Source: Gemmatimonadales bacterium (lineage in GTDB: Bacteria > Gemmatimonadota > Gemmatimonadetes > Gemmatimonadales > GWC2-71-9). From it: a stretch of DNA of 48,122 nt. Below, one piece after another: positions 1 through 8,718 of the stretch. Numbering within the stretch: position 1 is the stretch's first letter; each line of letters begins with the position of its first letter. The notes beneath the pieces were generated by a model that was given only the letters and a program-made list of their open reading frames with translations, was not told where the DNA came from and did not search any database. The stretch spans positions 1 to 48,122 of the forward strand of contig JBJMOX010000356.1 in the NCBI GenBank assembly GCA_045803515.1. The letters are read 5' to 3'. The position numbers and the translations under genes are program-made.

Positions 1-197
1 ATGGACGCACCTGGACCTTCCGGGTCCGCCTGGAGGCTCGCAAGGAAGAAGCGAGCACCCACCTGACGCTGGAGATCACCAGCCCTGGCCAGGCCCGGGT
101 CGTGAGTTGCCGGCGGGAAGAGTGGGCCGGTGAAGCGCCGAACCTGTCGGAGCTCTTGTTTCGCTCGGTAACGGCGGGCGGAAGCCGTCACGTGTAA
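1..197 (+). CDS. C-terminal end of an unidentified protein (gene starts upstream of window)
   Basis: Frame 3 is open from the window edge to TAA 195-197 (..TWTFRVRLEAREEASTHLTLEITSPGQARVVSCRREEWAGEAPNLSELLFRSV..). No family recognised. Confidence 0.3.
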   Translation, partial: GRTWTFRVRLEARKEEASTHLTLEITSPGQARVVSCRREEWAGEAPNLSELLFRSVTAGGSRHV

Positions 198-223
198 GTT
201 GGTGGTGAGCTCGAGGAGGTCGC

Positions 224-637
224 ATGGTGAACGGCAGGATGCCCCTCTTTCTGACGCTGCTCGCCGGAGCGGTCTGTGTGGCGACGTTGTGGCTGCTCCA
301 GCCCTACAGCGTGACGTCGCCCTGGGATGTCTACACCAGGCCGGCCCAACGGTTTCTCGCGGCCGCGCTGAAGCGCGACTCGGCCGCGCTCAGCCGGCAG
401 TCGGGCTCGATCGCGCCGGTGGTCTGGGCGCTGCAGGCGGCTCGCATCCGTCCGGAGTCACTGAAGGCCGTCGCGCGTGACGCCGAGGCCTGGACGGGCC
501 AGCGCCGGGGCGATACCGCGGACGTTCTCCTGTCGGCGGAGGTGTGCAGCCGCCACCCGGTCTGGCTCCGTTTCGTCGGTTCCGGAGCCGGGATGAAGGT
601 CCTGCGGGCCAGCTCGGCCTGCTTCGAGTCCAGATAG
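224..637 (+). CDS. hypothetical exported or membrane-anchored protein
   Basis: 137-aa ORF with N-terminal hydrophobic segment MPLFLTLLAGAVCVATLWLL. GC3-rich. No recognisable domain. Confidence 0.5.
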   Translation: MVNGRMPLFLTLLAGAVCVATLWLLQPYSVTSPWDVYTRPAQRFLAAALKRDSAALSRQSGSIAPVVWALQAARIRPESLKAVARDAEAWTGQRRGDTADVLLSAEVCSRHPVWLRFVGSGAGMKVLRASSACFESR

Positions 638-644
638 AGGGCGA

Positions 645-1082
645 ATGCGCATCGCAATCGGATCGGACCACGCCGGGTTCGAGTACAAGGAGCGGATCGA
701 GCAAAGCCTGCTCCAGCTGGGTCACGAGCTCACGGATTTCGGCACCCACTCCGCCGAGCCGGTGGATTACCCGCTGATCATCCGTCCGCTCGCCGAGGCC
801 GTGGGCGCCGGCCGGTTCGAGCGCGGCATCATCCTCGGCGGCTCGGGCAACGGCGAGGCGATCGTGGCCAATCGGGTGCCGGGCGTCCGCTGCGCGCTCT
901 GCTGGAACATCGAGTCGGCGCGGCTGGCGCGGGAGCACAACGATGCCAACATCCTGTCGCTGGGGCAGCGGCTCATCGCGGAGGCGGACCTGCTGCCCAT
1001 CGTCGCCACCTGGCTCACGACCGGATTCGAGGGCGGGCGGCACGCGCGGCGACTTGCTCAGATCGACGCTCCTCCCTCCTAG
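645..1082 (+). CDS. rpiB: ribose-5-phosphate isomerase B (RpiB/LacA/LacB family)
   Basis: MRIAIGSDHAGFEYK N-terminus and GGSGNGEAIVANR and CALCWN motifs are typical of RpiB. Expected length (145 aa). Confidence 0.9.
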   Translation: MRIAIGSDHAGFEYKERIEQSLLQLGHELTDFGTHSAEPVDYPLIIRPLAEAVGAGRFERGIILGGSGNGEAIVANRVPGVRCALCWNIESARLAREHNDANILSLGQRLIAEADLLPIVATWLTTGFEGGRHARRLAQIDAPPS

Positions 1083-1121
1083 TCCCGCGCCGGAATTCCC
1101 GCCCCGCACCCGGATGACCTG

Positions 1122-2003
1122 ATGCGTATCGAGCTCATTGCAGTCCCCTACGACTCGGCCCACCGAGGCCGACGGATGGGCGCCGGCCCCGAGTACCTGC
1201 TGCGCGCCGGCCTGCCCGACCGCCTGGCCACGGCCGGGTACCAGGTCCATGTGCGCGTGCTGGAAGCGCCGGCTGATGCGTGGCACGCGGAGATCCGGAC
1301 CGCCTTCGATCTGACCCGCGGCGTCGCGGAGGCGGTGCGCAACGCCCGGAGCACCGGAGCGTTCCCGCTGGTCCTCTCGGGAAACTGCGGCCCCGCCGCG
1401 CTCGGTTGCGTCGCGGGACTCGGGACATCGCCCGGCATTTTCTGGTTCGACTCTCACGGCGACTTCAATACCCCGGAGACGACCCTGGGCGGGTTCCTCG
1501 ACGGGATGTGCCTCGCCACGGCGACCGGCCGCTGCTGGAGTCAGCTTTCGGCCGCCATTCCCGGCTTTCGGCCGGTTCCCGACTCCTCCGTCGCGCTGCT
1601 CGGGATGCGCGACCTCGACCCGCTCGAAGCCGCGGCCCTCGACCAGTCCGGTATCCTCCAGGTCCGGCCCGCCGAGCTGCGAGCGAGGCTGCCGTTGGTG
1701 GTGTCCTCCGTCGGCCGAGCGACGACGGCGACGTATCTGCACCTGGATCTGGACGTGCTCGATCCCGGGGAAGGTCGGGCCAATGCCTTCGCGGCGCCGG
1801 AGGGACCCAGTCGTGCCGATCTGGCGTGGGCCATTGCTGCCATCGCCGCCGAGCGGCCCCTCGGCGCGGCCGCGCTCACCTCCTTCGATCCGGACAGCGA
1901 CACGACCGGACGGGCAGTGAGTGCCGCGCTCGAGCTCGGGCTCCGCCTGGCGCAGGCCGCCGATCCCGCGAACAGGGGTGAGGCGGCGCTCCCTACCCGG
2001 TAG
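1122..2003 (+). CDS. arginase/agmatinase/formimidoylglutamase-family metallohydrolase
   Basis: 293 aa with arginase-fold metal-binding motifs FDSHGDFNTP, LHLDLDVLDP, TSFDPDSD. Confidence 0.8.
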   Translation: MRIELIAVPYDSAHRGRRMGAGPEYLLRAGLPDRLATAGYQVHVRVLEAPADAWHAEIRTAFDLTRGVAEAVRNARSTGAFPLVLSGNCGPAALGCVAGLGTSPGIFWFDSHGDFNTPETTLGGFLDGMCLATATGRCWSQLSAAIPGFRPVPDSSVALLGMRDLDPLEAAALDQSGILQVRPAELRARLPLVVSSVGRATTATYLHLDLDVLDPGEGRANAFAAPEGPSRADLAWAIAAIAAERPLGAAALTSFDPDSDTTGRAVSAALELGLRLAQAADPANRGEAALPTR

Positions 2004-2015
2004 CCAGGAGAGGCC

Positions 2016-2522
2016 GTGGAGATTCGTTCCGTCGCCCAGTTCCTGGAGTATTGGGAGAGCTTCCGGGGCCGGACCCGCCGGGTGATCGACTGCATTCCGC
2101 CCGATCGAATCGAGTGGACCCACCAGCCGGGGAAATTCACCCTCGGCGACCTGGTGCGTCACCTGGCCGCGATCGAGCGATACATGTATGCCGAAACCGT
2201 TTCGGGCAGGCCGAGTGCCTATCCCGGCTGCGGGCGGGAGCTGGCCGACGGGTACGCGGAGGTGGTCGGGTACTTCGAGCGGCTGGCCACCGAGTCGCGC
2301 GCCGTCTTCGCCGCGCTGCCCGATGCCGCGCTGGAACGCAAGTGCCTGACACCGGCCGGCACCCCGATCACCACATGGAAGTGGCTGCGCGCCATGGTCG
2401 AGCATGAGGCGCACCACCGGGGACAGCTCTATCTGATGCTGGGAATGCTGGATGTGGCCACGCCACCGCTGTACGGACTGACCTCCGAGGAGGTCCGGGC
2501 GCGAGGGGCCCGGGCGGGCTAA
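2016..2522 (+). CDS. DinB-family (DinB_2) protein
   Basis: GTG start. DinB helical-bundle pattern ..LVRHLAAIERYM.. and ..MVEHEAHHRGQLYLML.. Confidence 0.8.
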   Translation: MEIRSVAQFLEYWESFRGRTRRVIDCIPPDRIEWTHQPGKFTLGDLVRHLAAIERYMYAETVSGRPSAYPGCGRELADGYAEVVGYFERLATESRAVFAALPDAALERKCLTPAGTPITTWKWLRAMVEHEAHHRGQLYLMLGMLDVATPPLYGLTSEEVRARGARAG

Positions 2523-2567
2523 CTTCCGGTCACCATACGCGTGTCGCCTTCTACTAGGGAGTCTCAG

Positions 2568-2729
2568 TTGCCCAAGCGAAACTATGGATTTGAAAAGCGC
2601 CAGAAGGAGTTGCACAAGGAGCGCAAGAAGGAAGAAAAAGCCCAGCGCAAACTCGAGCGGGCGAAGGCCTCGGCCGACGAGGCGCCGGCGGAGCCCACCA
2701 CGACCGATGACGGCGCCCCGGCAGAGTAG
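2568..2729 (+). CDS. small lysine/glutamate-rich protein (KRNYxFEKRQKE type)
   Basis: ORF 2541-2729. AGGGAG lies 6 nt before TTG 2568, favouring a 53-aa form PKRNYGFEKRQKELHKERKKEEKAQRKLER... Highly charged, no TM. Confidence 0.5.
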   Translation: MPKRNYGFEKRQKELHKERKKEEKAQRKLERAKASADEAPAEPTTTDDGAPAE

Positions 2730-3309
2730 CCCCGCCGTCCACGTCCTCGTTTTCGACGGCTTCGCGGACTGGGAGCCGGCCTTCGCGCTGGCCGAGCTGC
2801 GCCGAAGCGGTGGCCTCGAGGTCGTGACGGTCGGCTTCCAGCGTCTGCCGGTCCGGTCCATGGGAGGCCTGCAGATCGTGCCGGACCTGGCCCTGACCGA
2901 CGTCGAGCCCGTCAACGTGCGACTCCTGCTCCTCCCGGGAGGGGAGCGGTGGGAGGGAGCGTATCCCCAGACCGAGCTCGAGACACTGCTTCATGCCCTG
3001 CGGAGAGCGCGGGTGCCGATTGCGGCTATCTGCGGCGCCACGCTTGCCGTGGCCCGGGCCGGGTTGCTGGACGACCGGAGCCATACGAGCAACGAGCTGG
3101 CATATCTCGAGCGGATGGTGCCGCAGTACGCCGGTTCGAGCCGGTACGTCGACGCGCTGGCGGTTCGGGATGACGGGCTGATCACGGCCAGCGGCCTCGG
3201 GGCCATGGAGTTCGCCCGGGAGATCTTCGAGGAGCTGGAGGTGTTCAGCGCGGCGGATCGTCCGATCTGGTACCATCTCTTCAAGCACGGGGCAGTACCC
3301 ATCTCCTGA
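2707..3309 (+). CDS. DJ-1/PfpI-family protein
   Basis: ATG 2707 inside ORF 2584-3309. ..VHVLVFDGFADWE.. and nucleophile-elbow region PIAAICGATLAVARAGLL. The part of the ORF upstream of 2707 overlaps the previous gene out of frame. Confidence 0.8.
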   Translation: MTAPRQSSPAVHVLVFDGFADWEPAFALAELRRSGGLEVVTVGFQRLPVRSMGGLQIVPDLALTDVEPVNVRLLLLPGGERWEGAYPQTELETLLHALRRARVPIAAICGATLAVARAGLLDDRSHTSNELAYLERMVPQYAGSSRYVDALAVRDDGLITASGLGAMEFAREIFEELEVFSAADRPIWYHLFKHGAVPIS

Positions 3310-3326
3310 GCGACAGGACTCGAGCC

Positions 3327-3749
3327 ATGCGCCCGACAAAATCCCGGTCATGGTTTACCCGACTCGCCAAGATCACCGCGCACCTGGCCGGGAAGCCAGC
3401 GGCGTTCGTCCTCGCCGTGCTCGTCATCCTGCTGTGGCTCGTGACCGGTCCGATCTTCCATTTCAGCGACACCTGGCAGCTGGTCATCAACACGGGCACG
3501 ACCATCGTCACCTTTCTGATGGTCTTTCTCATTCAGTGTACCCAGAACCGTGATACCGAGGCGCTCCAGGTGAAGCTCGATGAGCTGCTGCGGGTCACCG
3601 CCGGGGCCCACAACGCCTTGCTCGACCTCGAAGAGCTCGAGGAGGTCGAGCTGCGGCGGATCCAGACCGAGTACGCCAAGCTGGCCCAGCGGGCCCGGGC
3701 AGACTTGCGGCAGGGTCTGCTCGACACCGGCATTCCAGACATCGGATGA
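3327..3749 (+). CDS. low-affinity iron permease family membrane protein
   Basis: 140 aa. FHFSDTWQLVINTGTTIVTFLMVFLIQCTQNRDTEALQVKLDELL is the hallmark of this family. Two TM helices. Confidence 0.8.
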   Translation: MRPTKSRSWFTRLAKITAHLAGKPAAFVLAVLVILLWLVTGPIFHFSDTWQLVINTGTTIVTFLMVFLIQCTQNRDTEALQVKLDELLRVTAGAHNALLDLEELEEVELRRIQTEYAKLAQRARADLRQGLLDTGIPDIG

Positions 3750-4195
3750 CTCGGGGGATGGATCGGTTCCTCGAGGCGGCCCTGGACGAAGCACGGCAGG
3801 GGTTCACCGAGGGTGGGATTCCGATCGGCTCCGTGCTCGTCTGCCAGGGACGCATTCTCGGCCGCGGGCACAATCGGCGGGTACAGGCCGGCAGCGCCGT
3901 CCTCCACGCCGAAATGGACGCCCTCGAGCGGGCCGGCCGGCTGACCGCCCGGGTCTACCAGGACTCGGTGCTGTACACCACACTTTCTCCCTGCGCCATG
4001 TGCAGCGGCGCCATCCTCCTCTATGGCATTCCCCGGGTGGTCATCGGAGAGAATCGGACTTTCCGCGGTGAGGAGGAGCTGCTGCGCTCCCGCGGAGTGA
4101 GCCTGGACGTAGTCGATGATCCGGCCTGCGCCCAGTTGCTCGCCGGCTTCATTCGGGACCATCCCGAGCTCTGGAACGAGGACATCGGCCGCTAG
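3746..4195 (+). CDS. cytosine deaminase, yeast Fcy1-type (CMP/dCMP deaminase zinc-binding fold)
   Basis: HAEM zinc/catalytic motif. LYTTLSPCAMCSGAILLYGIPRVVIGEN and C-terminal W.EDIG follow the Fcy1 pattern. ATGA overlap with the upstream gene. Confidence 0.8.
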   Translation: MTRGMDRFLEAALDEARQGFTEGGIPIGSVLVCQGRILGRGHNRRVQAGSAVLHAEMDALERAGRLTARVYQDSVLYTTLSPCAMCSGAILLYGIPRVVIGENRTFRGEEELLRSRGVSLDVVDDPACAQLLAGFIRDHPELWNEDIGR

Positions 4196-4206
4196 TCCGG
4201 TGGTCG

Positions 4207-4464
4207 ATGGCGGAGCTCCTCGCGGAGCGAGATCGTATGACCGACGACCGAATCGTCCAGGTCCTGGAAGAGATCCGCGACCTCCAGCGGGAGCACGCGG
4301 AGCGCTACGGAGAGGCGCTGCGCAACCAGCAGGAGTCCATCCGCCTCCAGCGGGCGGGACTCCGGCGGGTGCGGGTGATCCTGGGGTTCGCCGCCGTGGT
4401 GCTCGTCCTGGCGGTCGTGGTGCTTCTCATGCTGCTGGTGCGGGTGGTGGCGCGAGTCTCCTGA
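4207..4464 (+). CDS. hypothetical tail-anchored membrane protein
   Basis: 85 aa. Charged helical N-terminus and a single C-terminal TM ILGFAAVVLVLAVVVLLMLLV. Confidence 0.5.
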   Translation: MAELLAERDRMTDDRIVQVLEEIRDLQREHAERYGEALRNQQESIRLQRAGLRRVRVILGFAAVVLVLAVVVLLMLLVRVVARVS

Positions 4465-4521
4465 GATATTTCGTCCGGTGCAAGACCTGGCGGTCGCGCC
4501 AATTCTTCTTCTGAGGGTCGT

Positions 4522-4905
4522 ATGTCCGAGTCCCCTTCCGCATTCCCGTACGTGACCCACCTGAACGTCCTCTTCGAGCCGCTCGAGCGGATCGACGTGC
4601 AGACCCTGGTAGACGCCTGCACCGATCGGTGGTACAACCAGACACTTTGCCGGGTGAACGACTCCGTGGTCCGGCTGGGCATCGTGCACGGCGAGTATCA
4701 CTGGCACAAACACGACGAGGAGGACGAGTTCTTCTACGTCGTGGAGGGCCGCTTCCTCATCGACCTCGAGGGGCGCACTATCGATCTCGGCCCGCGCCAG
4801 GGCTTCATGGTGCCGAAGGGGGTGCTGCATCGCCCGCGTGCCCCGGAGCGCACCGTCATACTGATGGTGGAAGGCGCCGGGATCGTCCCGACGGGTGATT
4901 CATGA
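4522..4905 (+). CDS. cupin-domain protein
   Basis: 127 aa. Cupin motif region GEYHWHKHDEEDEFFYVVEGRFLIDLEG...PKGVLH. Confidence 0.75.
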   Translation: MSESPSAFPYVTHLNVLFEPLERIDVQTLVDACTDRWYNQTLCRVNDSVVRLGIVHGEYHWHKHDEEDEFFYVVEGRFLIDLEGRTIDLGPRQGFMVPKGVLHRPRAPERTVILMVEGAGIVPTGDS

Positions 4906-5900
4906 GCACTCGGGCGTGGTCGATCGTCAGCTTTGCCCTCGGCTCCGTGGCGTGCGGAGAGAAGCCGGCACCACCGCCTGACGCATCCTCGGTGCGGGAG
5001 GCACCGGCCCCAGCCCCCGCACCGCTTCCGGCCGGCGAAGCCTACCTTGCCGTACCCGGCGGGCGGATCTGGTACAAGCTCTCGGGCACCGGCCGCGCGA
5101 CGCCGCTGATTCTGCTGCACGGCGGCCCCGGCTACTCGAGCTTCTACCTGAAGGCGTTCGAGGAGCTGGGCGACGAGCGGCCCGTCGTCCGCTACGACCA
5201 GCTCGGCGGCGGCAAGTCCGACCGGATCAGTGACACGACGCTGTTCACCATCGATCACTTCGTGCGTGAGCTCGACTCGCTCCGCGCGCACCTCGGCTAC
5301 CAGAAGGTCCATCTCCTGGGCCACTCCTGGGGTACCATTCTCGCCCTCGAGTACTACCGGGTCCATCCCGGGCAGGTGGCCAGTCTCACGCTGGCGAGCG
5401 CGGCGCTCGACATCCCGGCCTGGGAGCGGAACGCCAGGCGGCTGGTCGCGACGCTGCCGGACTCCTCGCGCCGCGCGATCCGCCTCCGCGAGGCCGAGGG
5501 CAAGTTCGACGCTCCCGACTACCAGGCCGCGCTGGGGGAGTTTTACGGCAGATATGTGTGGCGCCACCCGGTGGAGGCGGATCTCGACAGCCTCATGAAG
5601 ACCGTGAACGAGAGCATCTACAACTACATGCAGGGGCCGAGCGAGTTCACCATCACCGGCACGCTCAAGCGCTACGACGGGACGGCAGCGCTCCGACAGG
5701 TGAAGGTCCCGACACTCTTCACCGTCGGCGAGTTCGACGAGGCGGACCCCGCCACCATCCGGCGATTCGCCCGCATGACGCCCGGGGCGCGGGTGGTCGT
5801 CCTCCGGGGAGCGGCGCACCTCACCCCGTGGGACGCCCGGGAGGAGAGCCTTCGGACCGAGCGCGCTTTTCTCGCCGCGGCGGACTCGGCCGGGCGGTAG
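4902..5900 (+). CDS. proline iminopeptidase-family alpha/beta hydrolase, predicted lipoprotein
   Basis: Lipobox-like ALGSVAC, LLHGGPGYSS motif and nucleophile elbow GHSWG. ATGA overlap with the cupin gene. Confidence 0.85.
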   Translation: MSTRAWSIVSFALGSVACGEKPAPPPDASSVREAPAPAPAPLPAGEAYLAVPGGRIWYKLSGTGRATPLILLHGGPGYSSFYLKAFEELGDERPVVRYDQLGGGKSDRISDTTLFTIDHFVRELDSLRAHLGYQKVHLLGHSWGTILALEYYRVHPGQVASLTLASAALDIPAWERNARRLVATLPDSSRRAIRLREAEGKFDAPDYQAALGEFYGRYVWRHPVEADLDSLMKTVNESIYNYMQGPSEFTITGTLKRYDGTAALRQVKVPTLFTVGEFDEADPATIRRFARMTPGARVVVLRGAAHLTPWDAREESLRTERAFLAAADSAGR

Positions 5901-5906
5901 AGAGGC

Positions 5907-6662
5907 GTGTCGCCCGGGCGCCCCTTTCTTACCGCGAGCTGGCGCTACCTGGCCATGCTCAACTACGAGGTGCCGGCGGCACTGCTGCAGCCCATGGTCC
6001 CGGCGGGTACCGAGCTGGACTCGTTTCGTGGCGCCGTGCTCGCGACGGTGGTCGGCTTCCGTTTCCTCGACACACGAGTGCTCGGCGTCGCCGTCCCCGG
6101 TCACCGGGATTTCGACGAGGTGAACCTGCGGTTCTACGTTCGACGCCGGGCAGAGGACGGCTGGCGCAGGGCGGTGGTCTTCGTGCGCGAGCTCGTGCCC
6201 CGTCGTGCCATCGCCCTCATCGCGCGGTGGACGTATAACGAGCCGTACACGGCTGCGCCCATGCGGCATGACCTGGACGTGGCTGGAGCTGCCGTGGGCC
6301 TACCCGGTCGCGTGGCGTATGAATGGAGGCTCGCCGGCCGCTGGCATCGACTCGAGGTGCGCACCACGGGCCGGGCGTCGCGACCTGACCCCGACTCCGA
6401 GCCCGCCTTCATCGCCGAGCGCGACTGGGGCTACACGGTTCAGCGCGACGCCGGGACCAGGGAGTACCGGGTCACCCATCCAGCGTGGAGGATGTGGACC
6501 GAGGCGGCGGGACAACTGGACTGCGAGGTCGGCGCGGTCTACGGGAAGGGATTCGCGGAATGTCTGACCGCACTGCCGCGCTCGGTGTTCCTGGTGGAAG
6601 GGTCGGAGGTCCAGGTCTACCGAGGCCGCCGGCTCACCTCGGCCGTAGGCCGATTCGCATGA
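5907..6662 (+). CDS. DUF2071-family protein
   Basis: GTG start, 251 aa. N-terminal FLTASWRYLAMLNYEVP and FDEVNLRFYV are typical of DUF2071. Confidence 0.7.
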   Translation: MSPGRPFLTASWRYLAMLNYEVPAALLQPMVPAGTELDSFRGAVLATVVGFRFLDTRVLGVAVPGHRDFDEVNLRFYVRRRAEDGWRRAVVFVRELVPRRAIALIARWTYNEPYTAAPMRHDLDVAGAAVGLPGRVAYEWRLAGRWHRLEVRTTGRASRPDPDSEPAFIAERDWGYTVQRDAGTREYRVTHPAWRMWTEAAGQLDCEVGAVYGKGFAECLTALPRSVFLVEGSEVQVYRGRRLTSAVGRFA

Positions 6663-6780
6663 TGCTCCGGCCTGAACGACCACGCGGCGGCCCCGATTTA
6701 GGTACGTTCCAGTAGCTCAGGCTCCCAGAGCGGTCCCGCCCCTCAGGGCGGTACTCACCCCAGCAAGAAAGCAGGTTGCC

Positions 6781-7056
6781 ATGTTGTCCTTCAAAGCACA
6801 CATCGAGCGGTCGAACCGGAAGGCCCTGGACCAGGTCGACGTGCGCGTCACGGTGATCGACCTGAGCTCCGGCCGCCAGTCCTGGCGCGGTGAGTTCATG
6901 TCCCGCACCGCCGATGGCTTCCTGCCGAGCGAGCGGATCCGGCTGACCCTCGACAACGGGCAGCAGGGCACGGCCAACATCAGCGAGACCCATTTCGACA
7001 GTCGCGCACCCGAGGCGACCCTCATCCAGTTCACCGGGAAGGGGCCCCTGTCCTGA
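6781..7056 (+). CDS. hypothetical protein
   Basis: 91-aa ORF with GC3-rich coding pattern. No family recognised. Confidence 0.45.
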   Translation: MLSFKAHIERSNRKALDQVDVRVTVIDLSSGRQSWRGEFMSRTADGFLPSERIRLTLDNGQQGTANISETHFDSRAPEATLIQFTGKGPLS

Positions 7057-7103
7057 GATCAGTCCCGCCACCCGTAGCGGCGCCATCCTCCAGCACGTCT
7101 CCG

Positions 7104-7352
7104 GTGCGGCTGGCTCGCCTCAAGCCGGAGTACGCTTCGCGATATGCCGGGCTTGACGCCGGCGCCTGGTATCCGGCTGCGAGCCTGGCAGCCTATTTCC
7201 AGTCCTGGATGCTGCGGCACCCCGATCCAGCCCAGAGCTCCGGCTCACTCCGCGGGCTGGAGACCGCGCATTTCGAGTTCAAGGGCGGCATCCCCCGGGA
7301 ACCGCCATGGCTGGCGGAGCGGTCGCCGGACGAGCGGCGGACGCCCGGCTAG
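7104..7352 (+). CDS. hypothetical small protein, paralog of 25042-25260
   Basis: GTG start. ARLKPEYASRYAGLDAGAWYPAASL...HFEFKGG aligns with ARLKSEYAHLYPGLDPGVWYNAAWL...HFEFRGG of the second copy. Confidence 0.6.
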   Translation: MRLARLKPEYASRYAGLDAGAWYPAASLAAYFQSWMLRHPDPAQSSGSLRGLETAHFEFKGGIPREPPWLAERSPDERRTPG

Positions 7353-7370
7353 AGCTGAGCTCCGACCCTC

Positions 7371-7625
7371 GTGGCGCGCCTGACACGGGCTCGGCGCTCG
7401 GAGTTCAGGCTGACGATGCTGGCCGCCGGCTGCATCGCGCTCTCCCTGATCGTCTTCTTCCTCTTTACCTTCCCGGCCAATCAGGCAACCCAGAATTGGA
7501 CGGTGCTGCCGGACAATTGGGAATCGCTGCGGCGGCAATGGGAATACTCCCATGCCGTGGCCGCGGGGCTCGATTTCCTGGCGCTCACCGCCTTGACGCT
7601 CTCCCTGCTGGTGGGTCGGGACTGA
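7371..7625 (+). CDS. small two-TM membrane protein (resembles C-terminal half of DUF1772)
   Basis: 84 aa. Two hydrophobic helices flank ..NWESLRRQWEYSHAVAAGL... Start uncertain (alternative ATG 7416). Family assignment is from memory only. Confidence 0.4.
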   Translation: MARLTRARRSEFRLTMLAAGCIALSLIVFFLFTFPANQATQNWTVLPDNWESLRRQWEYSHAVAAGLDFLALTALTLSLLVGRD

Positions 7626-7653
7626 GCGAACAGCCCGGGGCGGGGCGGACCCG

Positions 7654-7899
7654 TCAGGTCGAGGGTTCACCTTCGGCTGAGGTCGCCGACGGATCGCCGG
7701 CCCCCCACTGCTGGCGCGGGATTCCAGTCGCGGTGGAGAGACGCCAGCGGAACTGGAGCCCGCGCCCGGCGCCCGAGGCTCCATCGGCGGGATCCGGCGT
7801 CAGCTCGAGGACCTGAGCAAATTGTCCGGAAAGCCGCCGGATCAGGGCCTGCTGTTCGTCGGTGAGCGGGATCTGAATCAACTGGTCAGGGCTGGCCAT
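7654..7899 (-). CDS. hypothetical small protein (LTDEQQxLI...LELT motif)
   Basis: Last 81 codons of the spurious 429-aa ORF. ATG 7899 is preceded by GGGAGG. MASPDQLIQIPLTDEQQALIRRLSGQFAQVLELTPD... Confidence 0.6.
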   Translation of the reverse strand: MASPDQLIQIPLTDEQQALIRRLSGQFAQVLELTPDPADGASGAGRGLQFRWRLSTATGIPRQQWGAGDPSATSAEGEPST

Positions 7900-8119
7900 T
7901 TGCTGCCTCCCTGGTGCGCAACGACAACGAATGTGGATGGCGATGGCCGAAGCTGGCCGCCGCTTCCGTGGATCGCAATACTGGCGGGCCGTCGTCACTG
8001 GATTGTTACCTGCGGACGGACGGTGCTTCAGCCCCCGAGCCCGCGCCGGTTGCGGAGATTCGCGATCTGGACGAATATGTCGTCGCCGGAGACTCGCTGG
8101 CACGGTCGAGCGGCGCCGG

Positions 8120-8611
8120 TCATGTGGCCTGCGGCTCGTCACTGGAGACGACCCGCTCGACTCGCGCGATGAAGCACCCGGCTTCGGCGTTGCGCAGGTG
8201 GGCGTAGGCGACCGGCCCGGCGCTGAACACCCGGTCCAGCGCCTGCTCGATCGGCGCCGCCCCTGCTCGGGCCTGGTGCACCACCCGGCCGCCCGCTGAA
8301 TAGCCGTCCACGGCCAGCGGCAGATGGCGCAGGGTATCGGGGAAGGCAAGGCTGTCGTACCGCTGGCAGTCTTCGCGGTGGATGAACACCGGGCCGGGTG
8401 ACGGTAGCGCGTCCGGATCGATGAACGGCTGGTAGGTGAACAGGATCCGCTGCTCCTCGCCTTCCCGGAAAGTGTCGAGACAGAGCCGGCACGGACCGTA
8501 GCCCGTGGCGAGCTCCACGTGGGCCGGGTGCCCATATTGGGGCGATGCCAGACTGGTGCGTACGGCTCGGGCCAGTGGCTGGGGGATGCCGAAAACTCGG
8601 TAATGCACCAT
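8120..8611 (-). CDS. DUF1203-family protein
   Basis: 163 aa, GGAGG upstream. ..GYGPCRLCL..ILFTYQPF..GPVFIH..C.. pattern of DUF1203. Confidence 0.7.
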   Translation of the reverse strand: MVHYRVFGIPQPLARAVRTSLASPQYGHPAHVELATGYGPCRLCLDTFREGEEQRILFTYQPFIDPDALPSPGPVFIHREDCQRYDSLAFPDTLRHLPLAVDGYSAGGRVVHQARAGAAPIEQALDRVFSAGPVAYAHLRNAEAGCFIARVERVVSSDEPQAT

Positions 8612-8718
8612 GGAAGCCTCCGCGGGGATGGGGAGAGAAGAATGGGCTCCCGCTCGCGCTCACGCGTCCCGCTCCTTGCGCTGAAACTGCCGCCCCGCCC
8701 GATGGAAGGAGAATCGCC

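Noticed and set aside
390-2915. 841-aa ORF on the minus strand spanning rpiB, the arginase-family gene and DinB.
   Set aside because: It is antisense to three genes with clear family motifs. Its translation is Arg/Gly/Pro-rich low-complexity sequence, typical of shadow ORFs in high-GC DNA.
4734-6269. 511-aa minus-strand ORF.
   Set aside because: It is antisense to the proline iminopeptidase-family and DUF2071 genes, which carry clear motifs (GGPG, GHSWG).
6736-6751. Short hairpin CCGCCC-ctca-GGGCGG after the DUF2071 gene as a possible terminator.
   Set aside because: It has only a 6-bp stem and no U-tract. That is insufficient to call a terminator.
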